Of a stretch of DNA of 64,000 bases, positions 50,905 through 63,477 are shown piece after piece. This DNA is from Camelus dromedarius (lineage: Eukaryota), in contig NC_087437.1 in the NCBI RefSeq assembly GCF_036321535.1, positions 22,198,001 to 22,262,000 of the forward strand. Reading direction: 5' to 3'. The notes under the pieces were generated by a model. It was not told where the DNA came from and ran no database searches. It saw nothing but the letters and a program-made list of their open reading frames with translations. Numbering within the stretch: position 1 is the stretch's first letter; each line of letters opens with the position of its first letter. A program made the translations under genes and the position numbers.

Positions 50905-51232
50905 TGTTCCATGATTTAAACAAGGAGGCCATCAGACGGGCTCTAATGCCTTGATGACCTATATAAGCAAACCCATCTCTGAACCCATAAATGCCTCCCG
51001 GTTACATATTCGAAATGCCGAGGCCCACCGATCACCAACAGCCAACCAGGCTTTAAATTCTACCCAGTGACATCACTCCCTTTCTTTGTGTTTGCACCAT
51101 CCTTACCTAAGTCTCTCTCCGGCTTCTGTCTGCCAAGGGCCCCAACCACTTCAGGTTTGGTGCTGCCCAAATAGAATAGATTTTTGCTCAAATAAACTCT
51201 TAAAATTTTCACTCTGCCTCGGTTTACCTTTC
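50905..51232 (+). mobile_element. ERV1-class solo LTR (MER34-like group)
   Basis: ttaaacaaggaggccatcagac...ctctaatgcctt...ttgctcaaataaactcttaaaatttt...tgcctcggtttacctttca. AATAAA near the 3' end and a CA terminus. Confidence 0.7.
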
Positions 51233-51255
51233 AGTCCACCCATGGCTGTGATGCT

Positions 51256-51705
51256 TGCTGTAGGCTGAGAATGGAGATGTCCAGGCCCTCATCTCTGAAA
51301 CCCTTGGACGTTACCTTGCACTGAGCAAGGGACTTTGCAGGTGTGATTAAGTTAAAGATTTTGAGAGTAAGCGATGACCCTGGATAACCCAGTGGGCCCG
51401 ATGTAATTACAAAGTCCTTACAAGAGGAGGGATCAGGAGGCTCAGTCAGGAGAAGGGAATACGGTAACAGAAGTAAGAGGTTGGAGCGAGTACAGGGAGG
51501 GGTGATGGACCAAGGGCCGGGGCAGCAAATGGAGAACAAGGTGGAGATCCTCCTCCTGACCCTCCAGGAGCAACAGACTCTGCCGACAACTTGACGTGAG
51601 GCTATTGAGACTGATTTCGGACTTCTGACCTCTAGCACCATAAGATAACAAATTTGTGTTGACTTAAGCAACTGCACTGGTGGTAATCTGTTATAGCAGC
51701 AATGC
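51256..51705 (+). mobile_element. MLT1D/C-like solo LTR
   Basis: gggactttgcaggtgtgattaagttaaagattttgag...cctggataacccagtgggcccgatgtaattacaaagtcctta...ggtaatctgttatagcagcaat. Confidence 0.9.
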
Positions 51706-52394
51706 TCCACACCGATGCTTACATGCTGGAGGGATTTTTTTTTTTCTTCCTCCAGCCAATGCCTTCTGCAAACATCTGCCACAGTGTTTGAGTGATGTTC
51801 CTGAAGGTGTACAGACAACTTCCCCTGAGCCACCTGGGGAGTGGCTTCCTCTGAGTTTAAGAGGAAAGAATCACTTTTGGTTTGTGTGCATCCTCAAAAA
51901 TGCTCCCCTTGCTTTCAAGGCTTTGATTCTCCACTTGCTTCCTGTGTTGCACTAATAATCACCCCCCAACCTACCTCTGCCACAGCAGCTGCCAGGAAAA
52001 TCTGTCCAGTTGCTCCTTCTCTGGGTTTTACCGTAATAGAAGAGTTTTTGTCAGTTGACGAATACAGAGTTAACCATTTAATTTTCACACTTCCATGTTG
52101 TAACTTGAAGACAGCAGTGGAAGGCCAGCTCCCACGAGGGTATCGAGGGCCTCAGCCGGACAGGAGGCTGACCTGACTTGGGGTAGGTCCTGGGAGTCAC
52201 TGGAGCCAATTAAACTCCAAAGAGACTGATGACTAAGCAGGATTTTATGCATCCATAATTGGGCACACTGAATGCTGGTGCCTCGTACTGATACAATTTG
52301 GAGCCCCTTTACCTTTCGTAGAGAAGAATTATCAGAAACTTGCTTAGTAGCTATGAAGTCAGAGCAAAGGGAAGTATTAATATATCAGAGGTTT

Positions 52395-52530
52395 TATAGC
52401 CCAGGGAACTATATTCAATACCTTGTAAAAGCCTATAATGAAAAAATATGAAAAGAAATATGACTGAATCACTATGCTGTACACCAGAAATTAACACAAC
52501 ATTGTAAATCAACTATATTTCAGTAAAAAA
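52395..52530 (+). mobile_element. Young 5'-truncated L1 3' end
   Basis: tatagcccagggaactatattcaatacc...gctgtacaccagaaattaacacaacattgtaaatcaactata. Flanks atcagaggttt / atcagagttt. Confidence 0.9.
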
Positions 52531-53439
52531 ATCAGAGTTTGGGGGCATTTAATTCAGGACAGTTTTCAAAAGAAGGCACATTTTTTAACAAGAGAAGTCT
52601 AGTATGTGGGAGTTATTGAGGGAGAGCTGTTTTGCTTGCATCTGGTGGGGGGTTTCCTCCCCACCTGTGGTGGCCCCGAGGGCCCTCAGACAGCACCAGG
52701 GCTCCGTCCGGGACAGGCCTGATGCGTCAGCCCGGGCCGTGGCACAATGCCCCTCCCTGTTGCCGCCAGCTTTGGAATCTCTCCCATCAAGCCCGATGGG
52801 CCTGAACAAACACCGTCAGTGATGGGGTCCCTGTGCTGCCCCTTTGGGAGCTCCAGGACAGCCGTGCCTCCTGTGTTCCCGAGGCTGTTCTTCAGCTGGG
52901 TACAATACAATTGATTAGGATTGATGTTCCTAAATTACAGTTACAGTTCGGTTTTGTTTCTTTAAAATCACACACTGGTCCCTTTGATTGGAGTTTTGAA
53001 TATTCCCAATCTTTGCAGTCACACATTTACAGGCTTTTGGTTGGTTTCCACAGACGGCTGAACTCCTGCACTGTGGAGGGGACTTACAGGTGGTGTCTCG
53101 GGGGCAAGTTTACTCTTGAATGTTTGCTGGGTTCGACGGTCACTCCCGTGCTGTATCCACATGTGTGGTCCCGGCGCACCTTTGAGCGGGAAACCAATCC
53201 ATTAGCTTAGCCAGGGTGCCTGTGAGGGGGAGGAGACCGTAAGTGTTGAAGTTGGATCAGAACTACCCACAGCGTATAAACTCAGCCTCAGAACTTGAGA
53301 ACGTTGCGTTGTGGCTCTGTTTGCTCTGCAGCAGTCCTAAATGCCCCTGCTTCTAACCAGTCTAGAACAGAAAAACAAAGAAACACAGGGAACGCTCCCA
53401 GGCAGCTCAGCTGATAATGACACTTCCATCCCCACCGCC

Positions 53440-54030
53440 CCTTCCCCGGTGTGACTGCGCTGACTCAGCTTTGCGCGGCTCAGCACCCATATTTCTCACT
53501 CTCTTTCAGTCCATTGCGATTTCCGCTGCGGTCTCGTAATTGTGCTTAACCAACATCTTTGTCGAAACAACCGTTTTCTTTGGCCCCGACATCCTTCCGT
53601 GGCTGTGTGTGTATTACAGCTTCTGGTCTGGCCGCGCTTCCTCTTCGCTCCACCGCCACCCGCTCTGCCCTCACCTGGCTCCGGGTTCCCGTGAGAGGCC
53701 ACGGGGGAGGCGCAGCCGCACGGGCCACGCCCGACACGTGCTCCTTGTCCCGGCCCCCAGACACGGGAGTCACACGTCATAAGGCTCAAACAATTGTCGC
53801 GTCTCCCAGGGCATCAGTGTTGGTTCCGAGACCTCAGGGTTCCCGCCCCCTCTCCACCGAGGGCTCGCTGGCATCTTCCGCAGCTGTGCTGCCTGCCTTC
53901 GTCACTTGAACTTGACCTACTGATGCTGCCCTCGGGGGGATGAGCGCAGTGAGGGAGAGGCATCAACGCGCTAATTACACATGACGGAGACAACTTCACC
54001 CTTCAGAGCGCGGCCTCTTCCGAGGTTAAA
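53440..54030. promoter_or_regulatory. CpG-rich island-like segment, candidate regulatory element
   Basis: Visibly high CpG and GC content relative to the flanks (ggccgcgc, gcgcagccgcacgggccacgcccgacacg, aacgcgctaattac). No recognisable repeat. Confidence 0.45.
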
Positions 54031-55699
54031 GCCACCACAAGTGCTTATGGAATGCTGATCACCTCCCCCTGGTTTCCAGGCCACATGAGAAAGCTGAGTC
54101 TAGTGGGTGTGGGAGGGAGAAGCCGTCGCTGTAACAAGTGTGATGGCTAGAGGTCATCTTCATTGAGCTGCTAAATGGAGTTGTGTGTGTGTTTTTCTTT
54201 TTAATGTGGACGGGTCACTGTTTTCATGGCTGTCCTTATTTCATCTTTCTTCTAACTGGCTTGGCTTATTGGCACTGCTGGGTGTTGAGGACTGAAAATT
54301 ATCGCGAGTAATTTTTCTTTTCCTTCAAATGGAAAGCCTCCCCTACTTCTTCCTCTAGCTTAGCTGTCAAAAGTACTTAGTGTAACCTGACTGGCGGTAG
54401 GTGAGTGACTGAATTAGATTTACTTGTGCCTTCTTGGCATGTGTTTCTCAAAACCTTAGCCTATAAGAATACCTAGCAGCCGCTGATACACCCATGGCTC
54501 ACAATCTTCAGAGAAAAAAAGATGGAACACAATTTTTAAAAAGTGAAGTGAAAAGTGCATTCACAATGAAGAACAATTGCTTTGTCCTAGCAAGAGACAC
54601 ATGGTAAGTTGACCATCCTTCACTGACGTATCCATATCTGTAGACAGATCCCTAGAACGTATCAGTGGTGGAGAGTCTGAGCCACAGATGAGTTTCCCTG
54701 TAGTCCATTGCTTTTTAGTTTGTATTTCTCCTAAATTTGAAAATCCTTATTCATAATTATGTGTTGGGTAGTGGAGGGTCATGAAGGGTGGCTCTGTTGG
54801 ATGGTTCTGGGTATCTGACTAGGACAGGGACCCCGCATGACAGAGCACTTTCTCAGTGTCCTCATGTCCATCAGCCCCCTTGTCAACTAGCATGTCCTTC
54901 TGTGGCAATAGGGACTTTCAACCAGGGAGATGCTGGTGAACGGATTCCTTATTTATGATTTAGTTTTATTTGTAAGTTTTCTTTATAATCTTTTGTAACA
55001 TTTAGATACAGCTTTTCAATATGCCATATATTTCTCTCTCCAAAGAAAAAAGAAATTGTTTTGGAAAATAGCTATTTCCAGGGATAGATTCGTCTGCACC
55101 ACTTTTTATTTCTTAAACATCCAGATGTCTCATTTCTGATATTAAAAATATGGCATTTCAGCTCTGAAGTGATAGGTTCAGGTTGTTCAAGACATTGAAT
55201 ATGTGACTGTGACGTGTAACTTTAGCAATATGATTGAAATGATTAGTTATTGAAATGGTCTCCGCTAGAATCCAGCATCAAAGTTAAAAAAATTTTTATC
55301 ATCCATTTTAAAAAAAACCATATAAGCCCCTTTCCCCTTGACATTCAGAGTATTTCGGAGCACAGAGGACTCACCACCACATGTACCCATGTGGTAGCTA
55401 CAATTTGATTTGATATGCAACTTTTTTTTCTTGTTAAATCAAGATTATGGCTTAAAATACCATCTATATGCCAATGATTCTCATGAAGAGAAAATTCCAG
55501 GTCTACCTGCTGGGCCCAGGGAAAGATGGGAGGTGCAGCAAGGCTCGACCAGTGGGACTAGCCAAGTAGGACCCAGCCTGGATTAACAGACACCACCCCC
55601 CAACAACGAATCATGACACACAAGCTACATAAATGCTTACTGTTGTGTTGCTGAGACTTTGTAGTTGTTACGCAGCATTAGCTGACCAAAATACCTTAT

Positions 55700-56335
55700 T
55701 TCTCTCATTACCTCCCTAGAGCCTATTTTCAACACAGTAGATGGAATGATCCTCTTAGAAACCAGATTTTGTCAGTTATTTGTTGCACCCTGCAGTTGGT
55801 TCTCATTTCCCTAAAAGTCAAACAAAAACCTTTATTTTCATATATAATGTGAAAATATAATTTCATATAATATGAACTACCTCCTTGCCCTACTAATTTC
55901 ATCTCTGACTATCTTCCACAACCTTCCTCCTTGCTAGCTTTGCTCTAGCCACACTCACTTCCTTGCAGTCCTTGATGATTTGAGACAAGACTAGAATTTT
56001 CTCCCTGCAGGTATCTCCATGGTTTGCTCCCTCACCTTTGTCAAGTCTTTGCTCAAATGCCATCTTCTCACTGAAGCCTACTCTGATTATCCTATTTAAA
56101 AATCCCAACTTCCATCCTACTCCACCCTATATTTCCAACCTCCTTCTATTTTCCCTTCGTTCAGCATTATCCCGTGGTAATCTACCAGATATTCACTGTT
56201 AGAGTCTACCTTTCTCTGCTGGAATGTAAATGTTTGGAGGGGAGGAAACTTTGTTTTGTTTACTCAGTATTCTAAGCTCCTGGAACAGTGCCTGACATAG
56301 TGGAGATACTCATTAAGTATTTGTGGAATACATAA
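55700..56335 (+). mobile_element. L2a-like 3' portion
   Basis: ctagccacactcacttccttgcagtccttga...tccatggtttgctccctcacc...ggaacagtgcctgacatagtggagatactcattaagtatttgtggaat. Confidence 0.85.
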
Positions 56336-56793
56336 GGGTCAAGAGGTATATTGATGATCACCAAGGTTCTCTCTGAAGAATGTGGTGAGTGGGTGGACTT
56401 TTCCATTTGCCGGAAAAAGCCTCCTTGACCACCTAACAACATTTTGTCAGTCTGATCCGAACACGCCTTTCCTGGTCTACCTCTTCAGGCACAAAACAAT
56501 CGTTTTCGAAAGGGACAGTGTTTTCTGTAGCAAGGGCTTTTAGTAACAAAGAGAACAAAAACTTACAGGGCATTTTTACTTCATTTATTTCACATAAGCT
56601 GAGAGCTGATTTATATTCTATTTGTTGGTGCTGTTGTCCAACCAAAGACAAATATCCACTAGCAAACACAAGACCACAAAGGCTTTTCACCTTGCAAATT
56701 GTGTCTGAAAGTTCACTCTTGTCTTCCCTCTAAGCATAAGATTTGTAATGAAACTGGTTTAACAGACATTTTGGCAAAAGTAGAGTTCGATCC

Positions 56794-56835
<42 letters not shown>

Positions 56836-57669
56836 AGGCATACAACTTTTAATGATGTTTCTCTGCCTTATGACTCTTCTTCAACTTTGGGCCAAATCTG
56901 TTAATTTTGTCCTGGAAGGTATTATTTTGTACTTGTTCTAGCAAAACAGAAGAATCTTACCACAGAAGTTAAAAGAAGTTTCCCTCCTTGCTCTGAAGTG
57001 AAGGTAAAGCTTTACGCTCTCTGACACGTCTCCTAACAAATGATGTCCCGCAAGGGAGGGGTGACCTGATGATCGCCGAGTTTCAGCTGCACCTCCTCTG
57101 GCTGCTTATGTGAAGCGGTCATCCTTGTGGCTTCACCTGCCTGCCCAGACACCAGCACCCCAGATCGAAGCTCTTCCTTGAGTCTTGTTTGTATCAACAT
57201 GTATAACATTTTGAATCATAGTCTTTACATTATTATTTCTATTGCACTTTTGTGCTTCAATGAACTACTTCTGAGTCTAGATCCATTTTTAGGACTCTGG
57301 TGACGCCATACCAGCCACAAAAATGTGTATATGACAAATGCAGCCATTTTGCCCAAATAAGGAGAAAATGTATTCATCAAGATAAGCTCTGCTTTCTTAC
57401 TGAAGATCAGATATCTGAAGGATTAGCTAACTGAGGAGCAGCTGGGGCAAACTCAACATTCTCATCCTTACCAGCCATGGACAAACTTTAAAAATAGAAG
57501 GATTTTTGTAAAAGTCACAGTTAATACTGCATTTCATCTGAGCGCCCTGGCTGTGAACCACATGGCTCTGTCACTTTATTTCTGAAACTGCCAAACTGTT
57601 TGCAGATCCCTTGACAGATAAGGACCACCTGTTAACCCAGTCTCAAGTCTGAGAAACACTGCTCTGGCC

Positions 57670-57835
57670 CCCGGTGACGCCAAGTGTGGTCCAGGGACCA
57701 GCAGATCAGCATCACCCTGGAGCTGGCTGGAAATGCAGAACCTCAGATCCCATCTGAGACCTTCGGAATCTGAATCTGCATTTTAACAAAGTTGTCAGGG
57801 CATTCAGATGCAGTTAAAATTTGAGAAGTGATGCT
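57670..57835. mobile_element. MER5A-like hAT-Charlie MITE
   Basis: aagtgtggtccagggaccagcagatcagcatcaccctggagct...gaaatgcagaacctcag...gaatctgcattttaacaa...tttgagaag. Confidence 0.9.
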
Positions 57836-57948
57836 CCGGACACCCCTTCCTAAGACAGGCGTCAGGAGGGCGTATTTACTCTCCTAACAAGGAGCAGCAG
57901 GCGCACAAGCCCCTGAGGATGGCCGTCCACGCCGCCCGCACGGGCAGC

Positions 57949-58425
57949 CGAGGAGGGGCAGAATCGGCCACCCGAGGAGGTGCCACGCCGGCATGTGGAT
58001 TCTTTCACGCTGAGGACATTTGGGGCCCGGCAGACTCCTAAGGAGCTTTGTACCTCCCACTTCACTGCCTAGAAGAATTTAGATAGGGGGCCTGGACCAG
58101 GAAGACGGCTATTACCAGAGAGAGTGTTTATAGCCGAAGGACTTATCTACACGGCGTGGCAAACATTTGTTCCCAAACATCTGCTCTTCCCTGCTTCTCT
58201 TGAACTGCCTTCCTCCTCTTTGAAGCCCCAGGCCCCCGCCCCCTTCTCCTTAGCTCGGGCTGGTATGTAAGCCTCAGTTACCTGACTGCCGGGGAGTCTC
58301 GTCGTTTTATGAGGCTCCCAAACGCACAACATGTGTTTTTTTCCTTGACTCTATCCATGTCAACTTAATGATTAGACCAGGCACAGAACCCAGAAGGGAA
58401 GGAGGGAAGCGCTCCCCACCCTACA
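57949..58425 (+). mobile_element. ERV1-class solo LTR (MER34/MER39-like)
   Basis: 5' gcagaatcggccaccc...tgccacgccggcat...gctgaggacatttg and 3' tgtcaacttaatgattagaccaggcacagaacccagaaggg...ccctaca. Confidence 0.75.
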
Positions 58426-59069
58426 CAAGCCCTGAGTGAAGCAACAGGCATCTCTTCACTGGAGCTGGTGCAGACTGGGGGGTGGGGGGTGGAGGGCGGG
58501 GCTGGCTCTCTGTCAAGGTTGCACCGGGAGAAGGGTGCTCTTGGAGACCAAGGCCAGCGCCTGATGCAGTTCTCATCTTTGGATCCAGTGTTGTGAAGAG
58601 GAGACAATTTGAAGTGATTTGGTGGATGATGTTGTGTGGTCATGGGGGCTGGAAGGGAGCAGTTATTTTTTCTTCTTTTGTTCAGGCAGCAGCTGCGGCT
58701 CCCAAATGCACTGCATGCCAGGGATTTAAAACTTGATGATTCACAGGTTTTGTGAGTTGGTGCTTTTCTTGTTGGACAGTGGTCTCGGCAACATACTTAG
58801 TTACATCCTGAGGGTTGAGAATTAGATGCAAACGAGAGCAGCATCCCCATCGCCTCTGTTACTTCTTAGCCAATGGGTGGTTCCTTGTTGCTCCAGCAGG
58901 CGGGAAGCCATCCCACCGGCCCTGTGGCACCTGCGGCTTGCTCCTTATCGTCCCTTTCCCCGACTGCCCCCCCACATTCCCAGCTTTTACAGCCCATTCC
59001 TGCCACCACTTCCTCTTTGACAATTTCCTGCACCTGGATGACACCTCGCCCTCCTCCAAAGTCCCTGCC

Positions 59070-59247
59070 ATCTGGTGGTTGGAAACCTTGGCTACCCATT
59101 GGAATCATCTGGGAAGCTTTAAGAAATCCCCATGTTCAGGCTACAGCCCAGACCAGTTAAGTCAGGTTGGTGGGGGTGGACCCAGGCATCAGGAGTTTGT
59201 AAAGCTCTGTGGGCTGTCCAGTGTTTGGCCAGGGTGGAGGATCAGTT
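59070..59247. mobile_element. MER5B-like hAT-Charlie MITE
   Basis: aaccttggctacccattggaatcatctgggaagcttt...ggacccaggcatcag...gccagggtggagga. Confidence 0.85.
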
Positions 59248-59714
59248 CCATAATCCTTTTCCTTTCAGGGTTCCTCTTAAGCCTCATGCTGCTCTGGATT
59301 ACACAAGAAACCACTGTCTTCACTTGTTGCCTCTGCCCAGAGTGTAAGCTCCCAGAAGTCAGGGGCAGAGTTTTCTCATCTCCTACCCCTCACAGCATCT
59401 GGCACGGACTCAGTGGACATCACACTGTTTCTCCATCCAATGCTTCACCTGCGGTGGGCCCCTTGGGTGACCACTGACCCTGTTCAGAGGGGATGTGGTT
59501 ACTGCTGCTCTTGCTGTCACCATCACTTCTGTTTCTGGACTCGAAGATTAGGGGCAGGGAAGTCATATATGCATGAGATGAGGCTGAGAGAGGCAAGAGC
59601 TCTGAAATGCTAGGGTCTTTCTTATTAAGCAAAAGATTCGACTCTGCTAGAAAAAAGTGTGCGTAAATGTATAGATGGCTACAAGCCTCTTTTCGTCTGT
59701 TCAGGAAATTTTCC

Positions 59715-60170
59715 TTTGAACGATCTATTGCTCCCTAACAAATGACTGCAAAATTCAGTGGCTGAAAACAATAGTGCACGCTTCCTGTCTCACGTAGTTT
59801 CTGCGGATAAGGAATCTGGGAGCAGCTTAGTTGGGGGGTTCTGGCTCAGGGTCTCTCATGAAGTTGCAGTCAACTGGGCCTGGGCTCATCTGAAGGCTTG
59901 ACTGAAGCGGAGGGTTCACCTCCCAGGTGGCTACGCACAGGACTGGCAAGGTGGTGCTGGCTGTTGGCAAGAGGCCTCAATTCCATGCCACCCCACCTGC
60001 ATACGACTGACTGCTTGAGTGTCTACGACATGGCAGCCAATCTCCCTGCAGGGTGAGCATCCAAGAAAGCAAGGCGGAAGCTGGAGTGGCTGTAAGAATT
60101 ATGTGCTACCATCTCCACAACACCATATTGGCTACACAGATCAATGTGAGAGGGGACCTCTCAGAGAGGA
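59715..60170 (-). mobile_element. MLT1F-like LTR
   Basis: tctattgctccctaacaaat...cagtggctgaaaacaa...ggaatctgggagcagcttagttggggggttctggctcagggtctctcatgaagttgcagtc. Confidence 0.85.
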
Positions 60171-60729
60171 CTTTTTTTTCCTCCACTACAAGAGCTGTCA
60201 TTTGAATGGTTCTGTTGGTCCTCCACAGGATTATCAGCAGTATACTGTAAGTGTTTAACAAGTATTTGTCAAACTGAATGATTGACAGGCTGATGGACAA
60301 TATCTGGGAGGCATGTGGAACCTTCCACAGACAGGCCTCTTAGTCCTTGCAGCCTGCGCCACACCCAGCCTGCCAGCTGCCTGTGCTGGGTAACAAACAC
60401 ACCTGAATGCTTGGCTAATCTCACAGGCACTTCAGGATTGTGCTTTTGGACCATCTTTATGCCATCGGTTATCCTTCAACTGTGCTATAGATGGAGAAGG
60501 GGTAGGGGACCCGGTCAACACTATGATCAAATCAGAACGTAGTGTGGAATGTGGTTTGTTAAAGAAACAAATCCCCAAAGTACTCCTTTCAAAACCATTG
60601 GAATTTATCAAATAATCAACCTGTTTCATTTATTTTTGCATGAATGAACATGTCTTTATCTTTGTGTTCCAATCTGGAGGGTGAGGGGAAGAGAAAAAGG
60701 GAAGGGAGAGAGAGCTGGGGGAGGGAAGG

Positions 60730-61028
60730 AAATCGTGGCTCAGGGCAGGCATCAGAGGGGCCGCCTGGAACTCTCTGGAAGGGGCTGAAACTGCAGCCAT
60801 AGGCAGAATTTCTTCTCCTCAGAAACCTCAGTTTTGCTCTTGAGGCCTTTCAACTGATCGAGTCAGGCCCACCCAGATTATCACGCCTAATCTCCTTTAC
60901 TTCAAGTCAGCTAACTGTGGATGCTCATCACATCCACAACATCTGCATTCACAGCAACACCTACATCAGTGCTGGATGGAATCATGGGGGATTATCAGTG
61001 AGCCAAGCTGACAAATGAAACCGTCACA
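60730..61028 (-). mobile_element. MLT2 (MLT2D-like) ERVL LTR fragment
   Basis: ggcagaatttcttctcctcag...aggcctttcaactgatcgagtcaggcccacccagattatc...gccaagctgacaaatgaaaccgtcaca. Confidence 0.85.
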
Positions 61029-61409
61029 GCTGAGGAGAGGTAGGGCCATTGTATGAGGCCACCAGCACAGTAACAGTAGAAATCAGTACTTCTCTAATCT
61101 AGTTCCCTGTCCCCTGGGGAATGCTGGAGCTTCTTAGACTCTCAGTGAGGGCTTGTCTAGGGCTCTTTTCACGAGGGCACACTCTGTCCATTCGCTGAAT
61201 GCAGTGCTTTTCAGCCTCTGTCTGATTCCCTCTTCTTCTTGTTAGTGGGTCTCCCCAGGGTTTGAATGAGAAGCATCTGTGGTACCTTTTGAAGAAAAAT
61301 AGGCTTGTCTGCTCGGAGTTGCTGACATGGTCCTTTTGTGGGGAGGGAGTATTAGAATTTCTTTCTTAGAGAAAGGTGAGGGAAGGCATGTGGCATTTGC
61401 GAAACTCTT

Positions 61410-62230
61410 CAGTGAAGCTGGCATGCACAGCTCATCCCTCCAAATATACATCTCCAGCCTGGAGACTTCAGTTCCTTGTAAACCTCTGGACATCTGTCTC
61501 CACGCAGCTCTGCATAGGAACTTCAGACTCACCGTGTCCAGAGCTGAACTCATTGGCTTTTCCCCACACCTGTTCCTCCTCCCAATACACTTCGGTGAAT
61601 GGAGCCTCCAACCTATTGTCATCTAAGCCTTAAACCTGGGACCGTTCTGGGCTCCCCCAGCTTCCTCACCTTCCATAGCCAATCAGCTACCAATTTTGTA
61701 GATTCTAGGCCTGAAACTTATCTAGAACCTGTCCTCCCCTCCATCCTCCTTGATTCTGCCTTAGTCTCTCATCATCTCTCTCCTGGGCTAGTGAAATAGC
61801 ATCCTAACTGGGCTATTGTACCACCTCCAGCCTTAACTTGCACTCCATCTCCTCACAAAACAGGTCATTATCTTCCCTGTTGAAGAGATTTCAATAGCTC
61901 CCCATTCTCAGAGGATCATGGCCCAGACTGCTTAGTTTGATCTACAGCTCCAGAACTGTCTCATATTCTTCCATTTCCTACACTCAAGCCCCTCCAGGAG
62001 CCGTAGGGAATAATTTGTAGTTCTTCTAACATCCCAGGCTGCTTCACATCCCTTTGTCTCTGCTCATGCTGTTCCCTTTGGCTGGAATACTTTTCCATAT
62101 TCTAGTGACCCACCCCACCTCCTGCCCCACAGACCAGAGCCAATCTGCTTGCTTTGTCAAACCCTCTCATCTTTCAAGACCTCCCTCAAATGTAGCTTCC
62201 TCCTTGAAGCTGTTCTTGACTACACTTTAA
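61410..62230 (+). mobile_element. L2 3' portion
   Basis: caaatatacatctccagcc, ctggacatctgtctccac...ggaacttcagactcaccgtgtccagagctgaactcat, tgctcatgctgttccctttggctggaat. Confidence 0.85.
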
Positions 62231-62379
62231 TTCCCTTCCTCCATCTTGAAGCCAGAGCCACTGTCAGAACTGACTGTACATGAATGTGATCTCATTGTAA
62301 AAATGAAAATTAATGCAGATAAAACAAAAGGCTCTTCTGATTCAGCGCTCCTATTCCCACTCCCCTTTTGGTTATCAAT

Positions 62380-63135
62380 CTGCTGTGCAATCATTCCAGG
62401 CTGTTTTTTTTTTTTTTTTACTAACAATTTATCTTGGAAATATTCCATGTTGAGTGCATGCATGTAAGTACATCTCTACACAGAGTACCATTGCTGCAGT
62501 GAATTCCATAGTATGGGTATAATAGTTTAGTTAACTCTTCTTCTATTGGTGGATATTTCCTCCCCTAATATTTTGCAATAATGGTGTCACAATAAATATA
62601 TTGTGTGCCTCCTTATGCATAAATGCCAAGTATTTCTCTTCTACAGAGATGCCTAAAAGTAGAAGTCTGGGTAGAAGCTATACATATTTGATTCTACATA
62701 TTCTTGACATATTTTTGAATTCAGTAGTTCCTATTTTTATGAAGTCAAATTTATCATTTTTGTTTTTGATTTGTATCTTTCTCAGGAAGACCATCCATAT
62801 GCCAGAGTTATTTATATATTCTATTTTATATTTTTGTTACCCTGTAATTTTATTTTTTACACTTAGCTGTTTGAGTTATTTAGAATTTAATTTTGTACAT
62901 GTTCGAGGGTACTACCTAGTCTTCTTTCTTTTTCCAGATTGACTATTTATTGAGTAATAGTCTATTCAACCATGCCCTTAAGTTGAAATGACATTTTTTA
63001 TGAACCAAGTTTCTAAATATATTCATGAATCCGTTTCTGTCCTTAGTAGTAGATTTTCTTGATCTCTTTGTTTATTTCTGGGTCAATACTGTATTGTTTT
63101 GGTTACTATAGCTTTATCATATGTTTTGGTACCTT
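62380..63135 (-). mobile_element. Old L1ME-like fragments
   Basis: atcttggaaatattccatg, gtattccata-like motifs, ttagaatttaattttgtacat, caatactgtattgttttggttactatagcttta. Confidence 0.75.
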
Positions 63136-63477
63136 ATAAGGAATCAAATGTATTTTAGCTGTCTGTCTTCTACTAATGTTGACGGATGGGGTTGAGTCAT
63201 ACGTCTTTGAATTTTAAAAACCTTTTACATAGTGTGCATCCATGTGTGTTAAACTGATACAAATGAATAAATCAGAAGATTTCGGTGCTATTGATCGTGT
63301 ACTTTGCATTCTCAAGGTCTCAAAGATTGTGGTGAAAAATAACTTTTCCAGTCTTTACCTCCTTTTGTAGCTCAGTACCTCAATGGGTTATTTCGTAAGC
63401 TGCTTCTTACTATTATTATTTTGAATAAGCAATGCATCCACAGTGTACAAAACCCCAAAAGGTGTAAAAGTGAGAAG

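Noticed and set aside
51231..51833. 200-aa minus-strand ORF
   Set aside because: Mostly the antisense of an MLT1 LTR, so a chance open frame.
54300..54410. Possible lncRNA exon (pyrimidine tracts with AG, then gtaggtgagt)
   Set aside because: Splice-like motifs occur often by chance, and there are no partner exons or transcript evidence from sequence alone.
57904..58436. cacaagcccctgag / cacaagccctgag direct repeat around the ERV1 LTR, as a possible TSD
   Set aside because: The left copy is ~30 bp away from the inferred LTR start and is far longer than a 4-6 bp retroviral TSD, so probably coincidental.
58815..59477. 220-aa ORF, the longest in the track
   Set aside because: Starts at TTG rather than ATG, runs through a MER5 element and an L2-like end, and resembles no protein I recognise.
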